A DNA stretch of 64,000 nt, taken from positions 5,121 to 69,120 of the IMG/VR virus record IMGVR_UViG_3300009873_000014. One strand, written 5' to 3'. This DNA comes from a virus. Lineage: Duplodnaviria > Caudoviricetes. Position numbers and translations under genes: made by a program. This document shows, piece after piece, positions 1-8,960 of the stretch (position 1 is its first letter; each line of letters opens with the position of its first letter). The notes below the pieces were generated by a model. The model was not told where the DNA came from. It made no database searches and saw only the letters and a list, made by a program, of their open reading frames with translations.

Positions 1-212
1 TGGTCACCACGCCGGGGTTCCTGCCGCCCAAGCGCCAGAAGGCCGCGGCGGGTCTGCGGCTCGTCGCGTCGGCCGGCAACGCGCCCGGCTGCGCCTGCGG
101 TGGCGGCGGTTCGGAGCCGTGCGGGTGCCGTGGAGCGTCGGCTTCGACCGAGGCCGAGCGGCTCCTCGCGCTGGCGCAGCTCGACCAGGCGCACGCCCTC
201 CGCAGCAGGTAG
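1..212 (+). CDS. 3' end of probable capsid maturation protease (5'-truncated by window)
   Basis: Frame from nt 3 reads VTTPGFLPPKRQKAAAGLRLVASAG...LRSR* (TAG 210-212); directly upstream of the capsid gene; VxxPGF resembles C-termini of actinophage head proteases. Confidence 0.5.
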   Translation, partial: VTTPGFLPPKRQKAAAGLRLVASAGNAPGCACGGGGSEPCGCRGASASTEAERLLALAQLDQAHALRSR

Positions 213-367
213 TAGTTGCGGCGACCCGGCGGGTGTGTCACGATCACGCCCGATCGGGGCCGGTCCGCCAAGCGGTACCGGCCGAGGCGTACAGCGTGCG
301 CTCGGGGACCCCACGTCATCGGAGGCAACGGCAGCAGAGCCGTGCCCGACACGTGAAGGACTACCCC

Positions 368-2704
368 ATGAAGCGCAGCACCCGTTCGTTCGATCTCTCC
401 GCCGCCATCGAGGGCGTGCACTACACCGTCGGCGACGACGGCACCGTGTACCCGATCGTCCGTGGTGGCGACGGCCCCACCGAGCCGACGCTCTCCGATC
501 TCGTCGCTCGCCTGATCGACGCCGAGGGCAACGCCCTCGCCGACGACGCGCTCGCCGAGATCGAGTACCCCGAGCTGGCGCAGCTCCGGGCCGACGTGTA
601 CGCCGGCTACACCGCCGCCCGCGCCAACGTGGGCAAGGAGACGAAGGGCGTGCCGACGCCCGAGGAGCTGGCGCAGCTCACCCTCGTCCAGAAGGCGATC
701 GCGGTGGCCGACGCGCAGCTCGACGCCCGCACCGACGAGTCGCCCGAGGCCCGCGCCGCCGCCCTGGCCGCGCTCGACGGCGCGGTGGCCGACCGCCCCG
801 TGGTGACCGCCGGCTCCGATGCCGACCCGGACGCCGATCCCGATGCCGACCCGGATGCGGACCCGGATGCCGACCCGGACGCCGATCCCGACGCCGACCC
901 CGACGCCGACCCCGAGGGCGCGCCGGCGGGCGGCGGGCAGCAGGCGTCGGCCGGCCAGCCCTCGCTCCGGGCGCTGTCCACCGAGGGCCGGCAGACCCCG
1001 CCCCCGGTCCACGCCGGCCACCGCAACCGGGTCACCGCCGCCGCCGGGATGCCCGGCGTCGCCCCCGGCACCGTGCTCGACCGCGGCTTCACCGAGCACC
1101 GTGACGACCTCGATCGGGTCGCCGCCTCGCTCCGGGTGCTCCGCCAGACCCCGGCGCAGCGGGAGGCCGGGATCTACCCCGAGGGCCGCAAGACCTACCT
1201 CGGCACCATCCACGCCCCGACCGACACGCCCCGCGTCGTCCGGGCGTCGGCCTTCGCCGACATGGACGCCGCGATCGAGGCCGTGTGCCTCGCCACGCAG
1301 GAGAACGACCGCGAGTTGGAGGAGCTGATCCTCACCGGCCGCGCCCGTTCGATGCGTGCCGCCGCCGGCGTGCTCCGGGCCTCGGGCGGCTCCTGCGCCG
1401 TGCCGATGCCCGACTACACGATGACGTTCGTGGGCCAGCGCGGCACCTCGTTCGTGGACCGGCTGCCCACCGTGGTCGAGAAGCGCCCCATGAGCTGGTA
1501 CCCGTGGATCGAGACGGATCTGAACGAGGCCAACCCGTGGGCGGCGGGCATGGGCACCGTCACCGCCTCGCAGGACGCCGTGGGCTACGGCCCGGCGGAC
1601 GACGTGCCCGAGGGCGGCGCTCCGTACAAGAGCTGCGTGCACATCGACTGCCCGGAGCCGGTGTCCTTGGAGATGGAGGCCAACTACCTCTGCGTGATCT
1701 ACGGGCGGTTCCAGCTCATCGCCTTCCCCGAATACACGCGGGTGTTCGACACGAGCACCGGCCTGTGGTTCGACGTGAAGCGCGACCTGTGGGCGCTCGG
1801 CAAGTTCAAGACCAAGGCCGGCGCGGGCCACACGATCCAGCTCGACGTGACCACCTACGACGCGGTGCGTGAGCTGACCGCCGAGCTGATCCGCCTGCTC
1901 GCCTCGTGGCGGTCGGCCCGCAAGAACCCGAACGGCCGGCTCGTCGTGGCCGCTCCGGGGTGGCTGCGCCACCAGCTCCTCGCCGGCATGGTGAAGGAGA
2001 TGGACCTGGCGGGCGAGAAGCTCAAGATGACGGCCGATCAGATGTGGGCCGTGGTCGCGCAGGAGGGCCTCTCGATCATCGACCATCAGGTGGACGCCGG
2101 CCCGACCTCGCTCGGCGAGAGCACCGTGCTCCCGCTGCCGACCAACACCCTCCCCGACTGGCCGGAGGAGACGCGCCTCATCGTGTGGGCCGAGGGCGGC
2201 GCGTTCCGCCAGTCGGCCGGCGAGGTGTCGGTGGGCCTGACCGAGACGCTCTACAACACGAACGACGTGGGCCAGTTCAACGAGACGTTCGAGGCCATCG
2301 GGTTCCGCACCAACGACGTGTGGATCATCGACGTTCGCCTCTGCGCCAACGGCACGCAGGCGGGCACCGTCGTGTCCTACTGCGGCGACGCCCCGGCGGA
2401 GGGGGCCAACGAGGTCCAGCGCATCATGCTCACCGGCACCACGGCCGGCGACTTCACCCTCACCTTCGAGGGCGAGGAGACGGAGCCGATCGCCTACAAC
2501 GCCTCGGCCGCGACCCTCAAGACCCGGCTCGAAGCCCTCGGCGTCATCGACGCCGGCGACGTGGAGACGAGCAAGCTCGGCAGCGACCTGTACGTCCAGT
2601 TCACCGGCAAGTTCGAGGATCAGGACGTGGAGGCCCTCGTGGGCGACTTCGCCGGCCTCACCGGCGGCTCGCCGGCCGTGCAGGTCGTGCAGGTGGGCGG
2701 CTGA
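368..2704 (+). CDS. Major capsid (hexamer-type) protein with N-terminal scaffold-like region and C-terminal accessory domain
   Basis: ATG 368 after GAAGGA RBS; helical acidic N-terminal ~330 aa; ASGGSCA..PDY motif typical of cluster-B-like capsids; C-terminal NEVQRIMLTG...FTLTF...IAYNASAA domain seen in actinophage virion proteins. Confidence 0.8.
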   Translation: MKRSTRSFDLSAAIEGVHYTVGDDGTVYPIVRGGDGPTEPTLSDLVARLIDAEGNALADDALAEIEYPELAQLRADVYAGYTAARANVGKETKGVPTPEELAQLTLVQKAIAVADAQLDARTDESPEARAAALAALDGAVADRPVVTAGSDADPDADPDADPDADPDADPDADPDADPDADPEGAPAGGGQQASAGQPSLRALSTEGRQTPPPVHAGHRNRVTAAAGMPGVAPGTVLDRGFTEHRDDLDRVAASLRVLRQTPAQREAGIYPEGRKTYLGTIHAPTDTPRVVRASAFADMDAAIEAVCLATQENDRELEELILTGRARSMRAAAGVLRASGGSCAVPMPDYTMTFVGQRGTSFVDRLPTVVEKRPMSWYPWIETDLNEANPWAAGMGTVTASQDAVGYGPADDVPEGGAPYKSCVHIDCPEPVSLEMEANYLCVIYGRFQLIAFPEYTRVFDTSTGLWFDVKRDLWALGKFKTKAGAGHTIQLDVTTYDAVRELTAELIRLLASWRSARKNPNGRLVVAAPGWLRHQLLAGMVKEMDLAGEKLKMTADQMWAVVAQEGLSIIDHQVDAGPTSLGESTVLPLPTNTLPDWPEETRLIVWAEGGAFRQSAGEVSVGLTETLYNTNDVGQFNETFEAIGFRTNDVWIIDVRLCANGTQAGTVVSYCGDAPAEGANEVQRIMLTGTTAGDFTLTFEGEETEPIAYNASAATLKTRLEALGVIDAGDVETSKLGSDLYVQFTGKFEDQDVEALVGDFAGLTGGSPAVQVVQVGG
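818..913 (+). repeat. 8 tandem 12-nt units encoding (DADP)8 in capsid N-terminal region
   Basis: gat gcc gac ccg / gac gcc gat ccc ... with synonymous variation. Confidence 0.95.
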
Positions 2705-2748
2705 CCCGCCGGGTCGTCCATCCACCCGCCACGACGTAGGAGCCATCC

Positions 2749-3618
2749 ATGACGCAGCCGATCACCGCCGCAGCCGAGATCACCCCCCGCGGTGGCCTCG
2801 GAGGTGCGGTCGGGCTGGGGGTCATCATCCCCCCGTCCGACCCGCTGGACCCCAACGGCGACTGGGCGCGCACCCAGTTCATCGCCGAGGGGCCGGCGTG
2901 CGGCGGGACGGACGCGGCTCCGGTGGACACCTGCGACACGCCGGTGGACGTGCCCGAGGGCACGACGCCGTGGGCGTACTCTCCGCCGTCTGTGCCCTTC
3001 GAGGTCCGGGCGGCGGAGAGTTGCTCCACCTTCCATTCCGAGCTGTCGATCGAGGCGTGGCACGAGCGTGTCGATCGACGCATGGAGCTGTGCCAGTGGT
3101 CCGAGATCGCCTACGAGCTGTGGACCGGCTCGCAGGCGCAGGCATCGGACCCGCCGGCGCAGAACCGCTACCTGGCCTCGACGCTGGGCCTGAACCTCAC
3201 GCCGGACGGTGCGGTCGGCGTGGTGGAGGCCATCTCCCGCATGGAGGACGGCCTCTCGCGCTGCACGTGCGGCGCGGTGCACCTGATCCACGTGCCGCTG
3301 CGGCTCGTGGCGTACCTCTCCGACGCCGGCCTCGTGACCCGTGAGGGTGATCGGCTCTACACCGACGCCGGCTCGCTCGTGATCGCCGACCGGGGCTACC
3401 CCGGCACCGGGCCGGGCAACCAGGCCCCCGACGCCGGGACGCTCTGGATCTACGGCACCTCCGTGCTGACCGCCCGCCTCGCGCCCATCGAGCACCCGCA
3501 GAAGGATCTCCGCGAGGCGCTCGATGCGGCCACCAACCACATCGCCGTCCGCGCCGTCCGTCGCGCCGCCATCACGTGGCTCTGCTGCCACCTCGGCGCG
3601 CACGTCACCTTCTGCTGA
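2749..3618 (+). CDS. Major capsid pentamer-type protein
   Basis: 289 aa directly after the capsid gene, RBS AGGAG; PFEVRAAESCS...E.LWTG pattern and position match the separate pentamer gene of cluster-B-like actinophages. Confidence 0.65.
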   Translation: MTQPITAAAEITPRGGLGGAVGLGVIIPPSDPLDPNGDWARTQFIAEGPACGGTDAAPVDTCDTPVDVPEGTTPWAYSPPSVPFEVRAAESCSTFHSELSIEAWHERVDRRMELCQWSEIAYELWTGSQAQASDPPAQNRYLASTLGLNLTPDGAVGVVEAISRMEDGLSRCTCGAVHLIHVPLRLVAYLSDAGLVTREGDRLYTDAGSLVIADRGYPGTGPGNQAPDAGTLWIYGTSVLTARLAPIEHPQKDLREALDAATNHIAVRAVRRAAITWLCCHLGAHVTFC

Positions 3619-3629
3619 GGAGCACCAAC

Positions 3630-4631
3630 ATGGATCGACCCCTGATCGCCGCCGGAGCCTGCGCCCCGGAGGCACCGCTCGTCTACTGCCCGCCCGTGGA
3701 GCCGACGGCGTACGACTTCGAGATCTTCGGCCAGCTCTACGAGGATCTGTTCGACCTCGGCCCCACGCTCGTCCTCTCGACCACGGCGGCGCTCGACCCG
3801 CAGCCCGTGTCGCTGGACCTGACGTTCGAGCTGGCCATGCCGATCACCCCGATCTCGTCGCCGCCGACGCAGGACGAGGTGCCCACCTCGTGGCAGACCG
3901 TGTACGCCACGGCCGGCGACCCGGCCGGCGAGGTGTCGGTGTTCCTGCCGCTGACGCAGCTCCCGTTCGCGCCCGGCACTCCGTTCTGGCTGCGCGTCTC
4001 GATCACCGACGAGAAGGGGTGCGTCACGCAGGCGGTGGCTGCCCTTCCCAACGGTCTGCCGGAGTCGTGGGAGGACCCGGTGACGGTGTACCTCTCCCTG
4101 AACGACGCGGCCTTCATCCAGCTCGACGTGCCCGGCGGCGGGGACCCGTCCGACCCGATCCCGTTCGAGGACTTCACCGGCGAGTGCCCGCCTCCGACGG
4201 CCGCGCTCGCCGTGAAGCCGGCGTGCGAGTTCCCGGTGCAGGTCGATGGGATCGAGTTCCCCGACTCGATCGAGGTGTCCGGCCCCGACGGTGGCCCAGT
4301 GGTGGCGGTCGTGTTCAACCCCACGGCCGACGAGGAGCCGGTGCCGCTCGTGGTCGAGCTGGCCGAGCCGGAGCCGCTGCCGATCGGGTACCAGGGGGTC
4401 GCGGCCGTGGACGGCCTCGTTCCGTTCGAGGGCGTCCGGTGGGCGGTCATCCGCCGCACCGACGCCGGCCTCGATGCCACCGACGTGAAGATCTACGACG
4501 ACGCCACCAGCGCGTTCGGGATCAACCTCGCAGGGGGCCAGTCGTTCGAGTTCCCGTTCTCGCCGGACCACCCGTTCCGGTTCGACGTGATCGCGGTGAA
4601 CGCCGCGACGGTGCAGGTGGCGTACCGGTAG
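3630..4631 (+). CDS. Hypothetical virion protein (acidic, beta-rich)
   Basis: ATG 3630 after GAGGAG; genome-typical codon usage; within head module. Confidence 0.6.
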   Translation: MDRPLIAAGACAPEAPLVYCPPVEPTAYDFEIFGQLYEDLFDLGPTLVLSTTAALDPQPVSLDLTFELAMPITPISSPPTQDEVPTSWQTVYATAGDPAGEVSVFLPLTQLPFAPGTPFWLRVSITDEKGCVTQAVAALPNGLPESWEDPVTVYLSLNDAAFIQLDVPGGGDPSDPIPFEDFTGECPPPTAALAVKPACEFPVQVDGIEFPDSIEVSGPDGGPVVAVVFNPTADEEPVPLVVELAEPEPLPIGYQGVAAVDGLVPFEGVRWAVIRRTDAGLDATDVKIYDDATSAFGINLAGGQSFEFPFSPDHPFRFDVIAVNAATVQVAYR

Positions 4632-4636
4632 GGCCG

Positions 4637-5518
4637 ATGAGCGACGTAGAGCCGGAGCCGGACCCCACGTGCCCTCCTGTCGGAGTGGTCGGGCCTTGTG
4701 CTCCATACGTCGCGCCCGACGAGGTGGTCTGCCCGTGCGACGCCATCGACATGAACGACGAGGCGGACCGGGCGTTGTGGGAGCGGATGCTCCTCCACGC
4801 CTCGCTCCGCACGTTCACGGCCACCGACGGCCGGTTCCGTGGGTGCTGCGAAGCCACCATCCGGCCGTGCCCTCGGCGGGTCGTGTGCGGGCCTGGTGGC
4901 CGGCTGCCCGACCCCGGTGACGTGAGCTGGCCGTGGCCGGCGTTCCCGGCGATGGTGCAGGCGGTGCCGGAGCCTCTCCTCGTGAACTGCTGGGCGTGCA
5001 CCTGCCGGCAGGAGCGGTGCTCGTGCGCCTCGTTGGAGACGATCCGGCTGCCGTGGCTGCCGGTGCGCTCCGTGACCGAGGTGCTTATCGACGGCGAGAT
5101 CCTCGACCCGAGCGCCTACACCCTGTTCCCTGGCACCAACGTGCTCGGCCGGATCGACGGCGGCACGTGGCCGACGTGCCAGGACCAGGCCAAGCCGACG
5201 ACGGAGGAGGGCACGTGGTCGGTGACGTTCAAGCACGGCCTCGATCTCCCCGAGGACGCCAAGGATCTCGTCGCCGGCTTCGCGTGCGCTCTCGTGAAGC
5301 GGTGCAAGGGCAAGCCGTGCGGCCTGCCCGACGGCATCCTCGTGGTGAAGCGGCCGGGCGTCGAGTACGCCGTCGTGGACCCGCAGGAGTACCGCAAGCA
5401 GGGCCTCACCGGGTACCGCCCGCTGGACGACTGGATCATGGCGCTCCGCGCCGGCCACGCCCGTGAGCGGCCCCGTCTGTGGTCGCAGTTCCAACGGCCA
5501 ACGGCGATGAGGGGTTGA
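4637..5518 (+). CDS. Head-to-tail adaptor
   Basis: ATG 4637; Cys-rich; VTEVLIDGEILDP.AY...R.DG..WP.CQD...WSVT and V.RPGV motifs like cluster-B adaptor; synteny. Confidence 0.65.
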   Translation: MSDVEPEPDPTCPPVGVVGPCAPYVAPDEVVCPCDAIDMNDEADRALWERMLLHASLRTFTATDGRFRGCCEATIRPCPRRVVCGPGGRLPDPGDVSWPWPAFPAMVQAVPEPLLVNCWACTCRQERCSCASLETIRLPWLPVRSVTEVLIDGEILDPSAYTLFPGTNVLGRIDGGTWPTCQDQAKPTTEEGTWSVTFKHGLDLPEDAKDLVAGFACALVKRCKGKPCGLPDGILVVKRPGVEYAVVDPQEYRKQGLTGYRPLDDWIMALRAGHARERPRLWSQFQRPTAMRG

Positions 5519-5520
5519 CG

Positions 5521-5811
5521 ATGCCGAACAAGGTCACGACGCGAGCGGTGGACCCGTGGACCTCTGCGTTCACGGGCGGCGCGAACGTCCGAGAGATCGC
5601 TTCACACGCGGACGCCCTGGCGGCGCTCCGCTCGTCCCGACCGGCAACCGACGACGAGGAGGTGCCCACCGGTTCGCCGCGTGCGGTGCTCGCGTGGGTG
5701 GGGCATGATGTGGAGCGTGCGAAGGCTGCCTTGGTGGCCGAGCAGAGCCGGGGTCAAGACAAGCAGCGTCCGTCGCTCGTGGCGGCGCTTCACGAGAGGA
5801 TCACCGGCTGA
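5521..5811 (+). CDS. Small hypothetical structural-region protein
   Basis: 96 aa; VLAWVG.D.ERA.AAL.AE...RPSLV motif common in actinophage head-tail regions; stop overlaps next ATG. Confidence 0.65.
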   Translation: MPNKVTTRAVDPWTSAFTGGANVREIASHADALAALRSSRPATDDEEVPTGSPRAVLAWVGHDVERAKAALVAEQSRGQDKQRPSLVAALHERITG

Positions 5812-6542
5812 TGGCCAACAACTGCCACATCGAGTACGCGTCCTGCATGATGATCGCCGTCCCGCTCGACGCGACGTGCAGCATCGTGGAGGACGCCCCG
5901 ACGTTCGTGTCCGCGGGGTTCACCGAGATCAACGGTGAGTGGGAGCGCGAGGAGGGGACCGACTACTCGGCGAAGAACGCCGCCGGTCAGCTCTGCGGTC
6001 CCGACCTCAAGGGTCCCGACGTGGACAAGTGGATCAACCTGTCGGGCACGCTCTGCCTGATGGACTGGGGCCTCCTCGCGATGGCCACGGGCAACCCGCT
6101 CACCCTGAACGCCGGTGGCGACGTGGTGGGCTACGGCGAGCGGGTCACGCCGCCCACCGCGCCGTGCGCCGTGAACGTGCAGCCCCGGTTCGCGCTGGCG
6201 GTCATCACCCGCTCGGCGACCGGCGACGGCGTGTGCGACCCCTCGGGTGGGGCCGACGGGGCGACGGAGTGCCTGCTCCACGTCTACCCCCTGGTCACCA
6301 ACTTCAAGCACTCGGCCCCGTCCCACAAGGACGAGCGCCGGATGGTGGAGTTCACGGCTCGGGCGTACAACAACCCGAACATCTTGCGGGGGCCGTGGAA
6401 CCTGTACCCCGCGGCCAACGTGCCGGACACGATCCCCGGCGACCTGGCGCACTGGGAGGGCTTCATCCCGTGCACGGGGCTGCCGACCCCCGGCTGCGAC
6501 CCGCAGGACCACCCGGCTCCGCTGCCGGCCGAGGAGCCGTAG
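5811..6542 (+). CDS. Major tail protein
   Basis: 243 aa; E.EEG.D...KNAAG.LC motif; followed by a strong hairpin; synteny. Confidence 0.75.
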   Translation: MANNCHIEYASCMMIAVPLDATCSIVEDAPTFVSAGFTEINGEWEREEGTDYSAKNAAGQLCGPDLKGPDVDKWINLSGTLCLMDWGLLAMATGNPLTLNAGGDVVGYGERVTPPTAPCAVNVQPRFALAVITRSATGDGVCDPSGGADGATECLLHVYPLVTNFKHSAPSHKDERRMVEFTARAYNNPNILRGPWNLYPAANVPDTIPGDLAHWEGFIPCTGLPTPGCDPQDHPAPLPAEEP

Positions 6543-6629
6543 GCCCCTCTCCCGTTCTTGGGGCCGGCCGGTCCCGGTTCATGCCTGACCCCGGCGTGGT
6601 CGATACCGGTCGGTCCCGAGCCATTCGAT

Positions 6630-6661
6630 GCGACGCCCCCTCTGCCGGTAGGGGGCGTCGC
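6630..6661 (+). terminator. Stem-loop after major tail gene
   Basis: GCGACGCCCCCT-ctgccggt-AGGGGGCGTCGC, 12-bp perfect stem; no U-tract. Confidence 0.6.
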
Positions 6662-6687
6662 CGCGTCCGAGCACGTACGCTCTCGGC

Positions 6688-7191
6688 ATGAGCGACGTGG
6701 GCTACTCCCTCGGGCCGGGCATCGACTCGCTGCCCGACGACTGGACGTTCCAGCTCGCCCTCGCCTACCTGACCTCGGCGCAGTCCTGCGGGTTCGACTG
6801 CGAGCGGGCGTTCGTGGCCGACTCGGGCTACGTGGAGCCGTGCTGCGACCCGTGCCAGCTCGCCGTCATCGTGGACGCTGGCTGGACGCCGGACCCTCGT
6901 GCCGGCGCAGCGGGGATCTGCCTGCCGAACCTCACGGTCAGCGTGAAGCTCCTTCTCGACCAGTGCGTGTACGTGCCCGAGGAGGACGAGGGCTACGACC
7001 CGGTGAAGGAGAACACGCAGGCGCAGATCAACCTCTCGGCGCGGTGGCAGATCATGCGGGGGTTGCAGGCGGGTCGGGCAGCGGGCGCGCTCACCGTGGC
7101 GTGTGGCAGAGTGGTGCCCGCGCAGTGGACGAACCTCTGGACCGAGGGGGGCTGCGCTCGCTGGCAGACGGTGTGGACCGTCTCGATCTGA
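6688..7191 (+). CDS. Probable tail terminator / head-tail joining protein
   Basis: 167 aa, Cys-rich, ends GGC.RW.....TVSI; synteny. Confidence 0.5.
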   Translation: MSDVGYSLGPGIDSLPDDWTFQLALAYLTSAQSCGFDCERAFVADSGYVEPCCDPCQLAVIVDAGWTPDPRAGAAGICLPNLTVSVKLLLDQCVYVPEEDEGYDPVKENTQAQINLSARWQIMRGLQAGRAAGALTVACGRVVPAQWTNLWTEGGCARWQTVWTVSI

Positions 7192-7201
7192 GGAGCTGGA
7201 C

Positions 7202-7588
7202 ATGGCCGATCGACCCGGAGAGCGTGCAGCAGGCCGAGGCCGCGCCAGCGGCGGAGCGCCCGCTCCGGACGCCGGTGAGGCTCCCGAGGCCCCGGAGACG
7301 CCCGTGGAGGCCCCCGACGCCCCCGAGAGCGCCCCGGAGGCTCCCACGCCGCCCGTGGAGGCCCCGGAGTCCCCTGCGGCGCTTGCTGACGCCGGGCCGG
7401 CCCCCAAGCGCCGCTACCGGGCCATCGCAGCGATGGGAGCGGGCGACGACGCCGTGCTCGTCGGCGAGATCTTCGAGGCCACGGCCGACGATGTGCGCGT
7501 GCGCTCGGGGTTCGTGACGCCGCTGCCGGACCCGACGCCCGCCCCGGTCGCCGAGGCGTTCGATGGCGTGGGTCGCACCTCAAGCTGA
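7202..7588 (+). CDS. Hypothetical Pro/Ala/Glu-rich protein
   Basis: ATG 7202 after GAGGAG; EAPE repeats. Confidence 0.55.
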   Translation: MADRPGERAAGRGRASGGAPAPDAGEAPEAPETPVEAPDAPESAPEAPTPPVEAPESPAALADAGPAPKRRYRAIAAMGAGDDAVLVGEIFEATADDVRVRSGFVTPLPDPTPAPVAEAFDGVGRTSS

Positions 7589-8009
7589 GGTAGAGGCTCA
7601 CCTCGCCCATCACCCCGCGGTCAAGCGGGGGGTCCACGCGGTCGCTGAGGCGATCGTGGACACGGCCAAGGTGCTCGCTCGGGAGCGGGCCTACGACTCC
7701 GGCGAGTACGAGCGCATGATCCTCACGTTCGCCGAGCCGGGCAGCCCGGCCGAGTGGGCGGTGGCCACGGCGAAGCACTCGTGGTTCGTGGAGGTGGGCA
7801 CCGGCATCCACGGCCCGTTCCGCCGGCCCGTGCTGGCATCGGAGACGACGCGCTTCGGGTACTTCCGGTTCGTCGTCATGGACGGCGGCTCGCCGCGCAC
7901 CGTCTACACGGACAAGCACCAGGGCCGGCCGGCGCGGCACATCATGCGGGACGCGGCGGTGCAGGTGGCCAGCGCGCCGGGCCTCACGTGGAACGCGATC
8001 CTCACCTGA
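7563..8009 (+). CDS. Neck/tail completion protein (HK97 gp10-like)
   Basis: A..LA....YDSGEY...I ; AKHSWFVEVGTG ; G.PARHIMRDA motifs. Confidence 0.65.
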   Translation: MAWVAPQAEVEAHLAHHPAVKRGVHAVAEAIVDTAKVLARERAYDSGEYERMILTFAEPGSPAEWAVATAKHSWFVEVGTGIHGPFRRPVLASETTRFGYFRFVVMDGGSPRTVYTDKHQGRPARHIMRDAAVQVASAPGLTWNAILT

Positions 8010-8096
8010 CGGCGGCACCTAGCACGCGGTAGGTGGTACTGCGGTAGGGTGTCGCTCGCCCACTGGGGGCCATCACGCCGGGGAAAGGACCAACCC

Positions 8097-8483
8097 ATGC
8101 CCGACTTCAAGTTCGACGTGCCCGACGACGAGCCGCTGTTCGATGAGCCGTTCACGCTCACGTTCCCCGGCGGCGTCGGCACCTTCACCCTCCTCGACCG
8201 CGGCAACCCGCCCGACGAGGACGACGTGAACCCGGAGACGAAGCCGCTCTCCTACTTCCGCGAGTTGCTCGTGGAGCAGGTCGTGCCCGACGAGCGCGAG
8301 GCGTTCAAGGAGGCGCTCACCGACGCGCTGAACGCCGAGCCGCCGCGGCTGGCCATCGGCGACCTCGCCGCGGCCTTCGGGTGGATCACCACCACCCGCG
8401 CCGAGGCCGAGAAGGAGCGCGTGAAGAAGGTGGCCAAGCGCCCTACTGGGGGGCGCTCGCGCTCGCGTGCCTCGTCCAGCTAA
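8097..8483 (+). CDS. Tail assembly chaperone (G-type)
   Basis: ATG 8097 after GAAAGGA; ends ...KRPTGGRSRSRASSS; two ORFs upstream of tape measure. Confidence 0.7.
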   Translation: MPDFKFDVPDDEPLFDEPFTLTFPGGVGTFTLLDRGNPPDEDDVNPETKPLSYFRELLVEQVVPDEREAFKEALTDALNAEPPRLAIGDLAAAFGWITTTRAEAEKERVKKVAKRPTGGRSRSRASSS

Positions 8484-8860
8484 GGGAGCACGAGCTGAAC
8501 GGCCGGCTGATCCTCGGATCGAACCCGGCCGAGCTGCCCCTCAAGGACTGGCTCGACGCCGGCTACGTGCTCCTCGTGGCCGACGCCCCTCCGGAGGCCC
8601 GAGAGCTGTTCGATCGCCTGTTCACCTCCGAGACGGAGGAGGACATGGAGATCGGGTTCTCGGACCTGCGGGAGCTGCACGAGTGGTACGCCGAGCAGGC
8701 CCGCAAGGCGGACAAGGCCCTCGGCCGTGAGCGCCCGCCGATCGCCGGTCGGGCCGGCCAGTCGCCGATGACTGCCGCCGAGGAGTGGACGGCGTTCGTG
8801 GAGGCCCACCGGGAGCCGGCCGAGGGCGACCAGCGTGACGAGGAGCCGGCCGAGGAGTAG
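8450..8860 (+). CDS. Tail assembly chaperone GT extension (probably reached by -1 frameshift)
   Basis: -1 frame ORF overlapping the G gene with no convincing own start; GGGGGG at 8448-8453. Confidence 0.55.
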   Translation, partial: GALALACLVQLREHELNGRLILGSNPAELPLKDWLDAGYVLLVADAPPEARELFDRLFTSETEEDMEIGFSDLRELHEWYAEQARKADKALGRERPPIAGRAGQSPMTAAEEWTAFVEAHREPAEGDQRDEEPAEE

Positions 8861-8960
8861 TGTCGCCGGCAACGAGGAGAGCTGGGCAGCGAACCTCCCT
8901 GATGGTGCCTCCGGCCTCCGGGCCGGGGGCATCGTCGCGTTCGGGGGTAGTGTCGCGCCC

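Noticed and set aside
818-913. Possible CRISPR or mini-array
   Set aside because: 12-nt in-frame units without spacers; encodes DADP in the capsid gene; no cas genes
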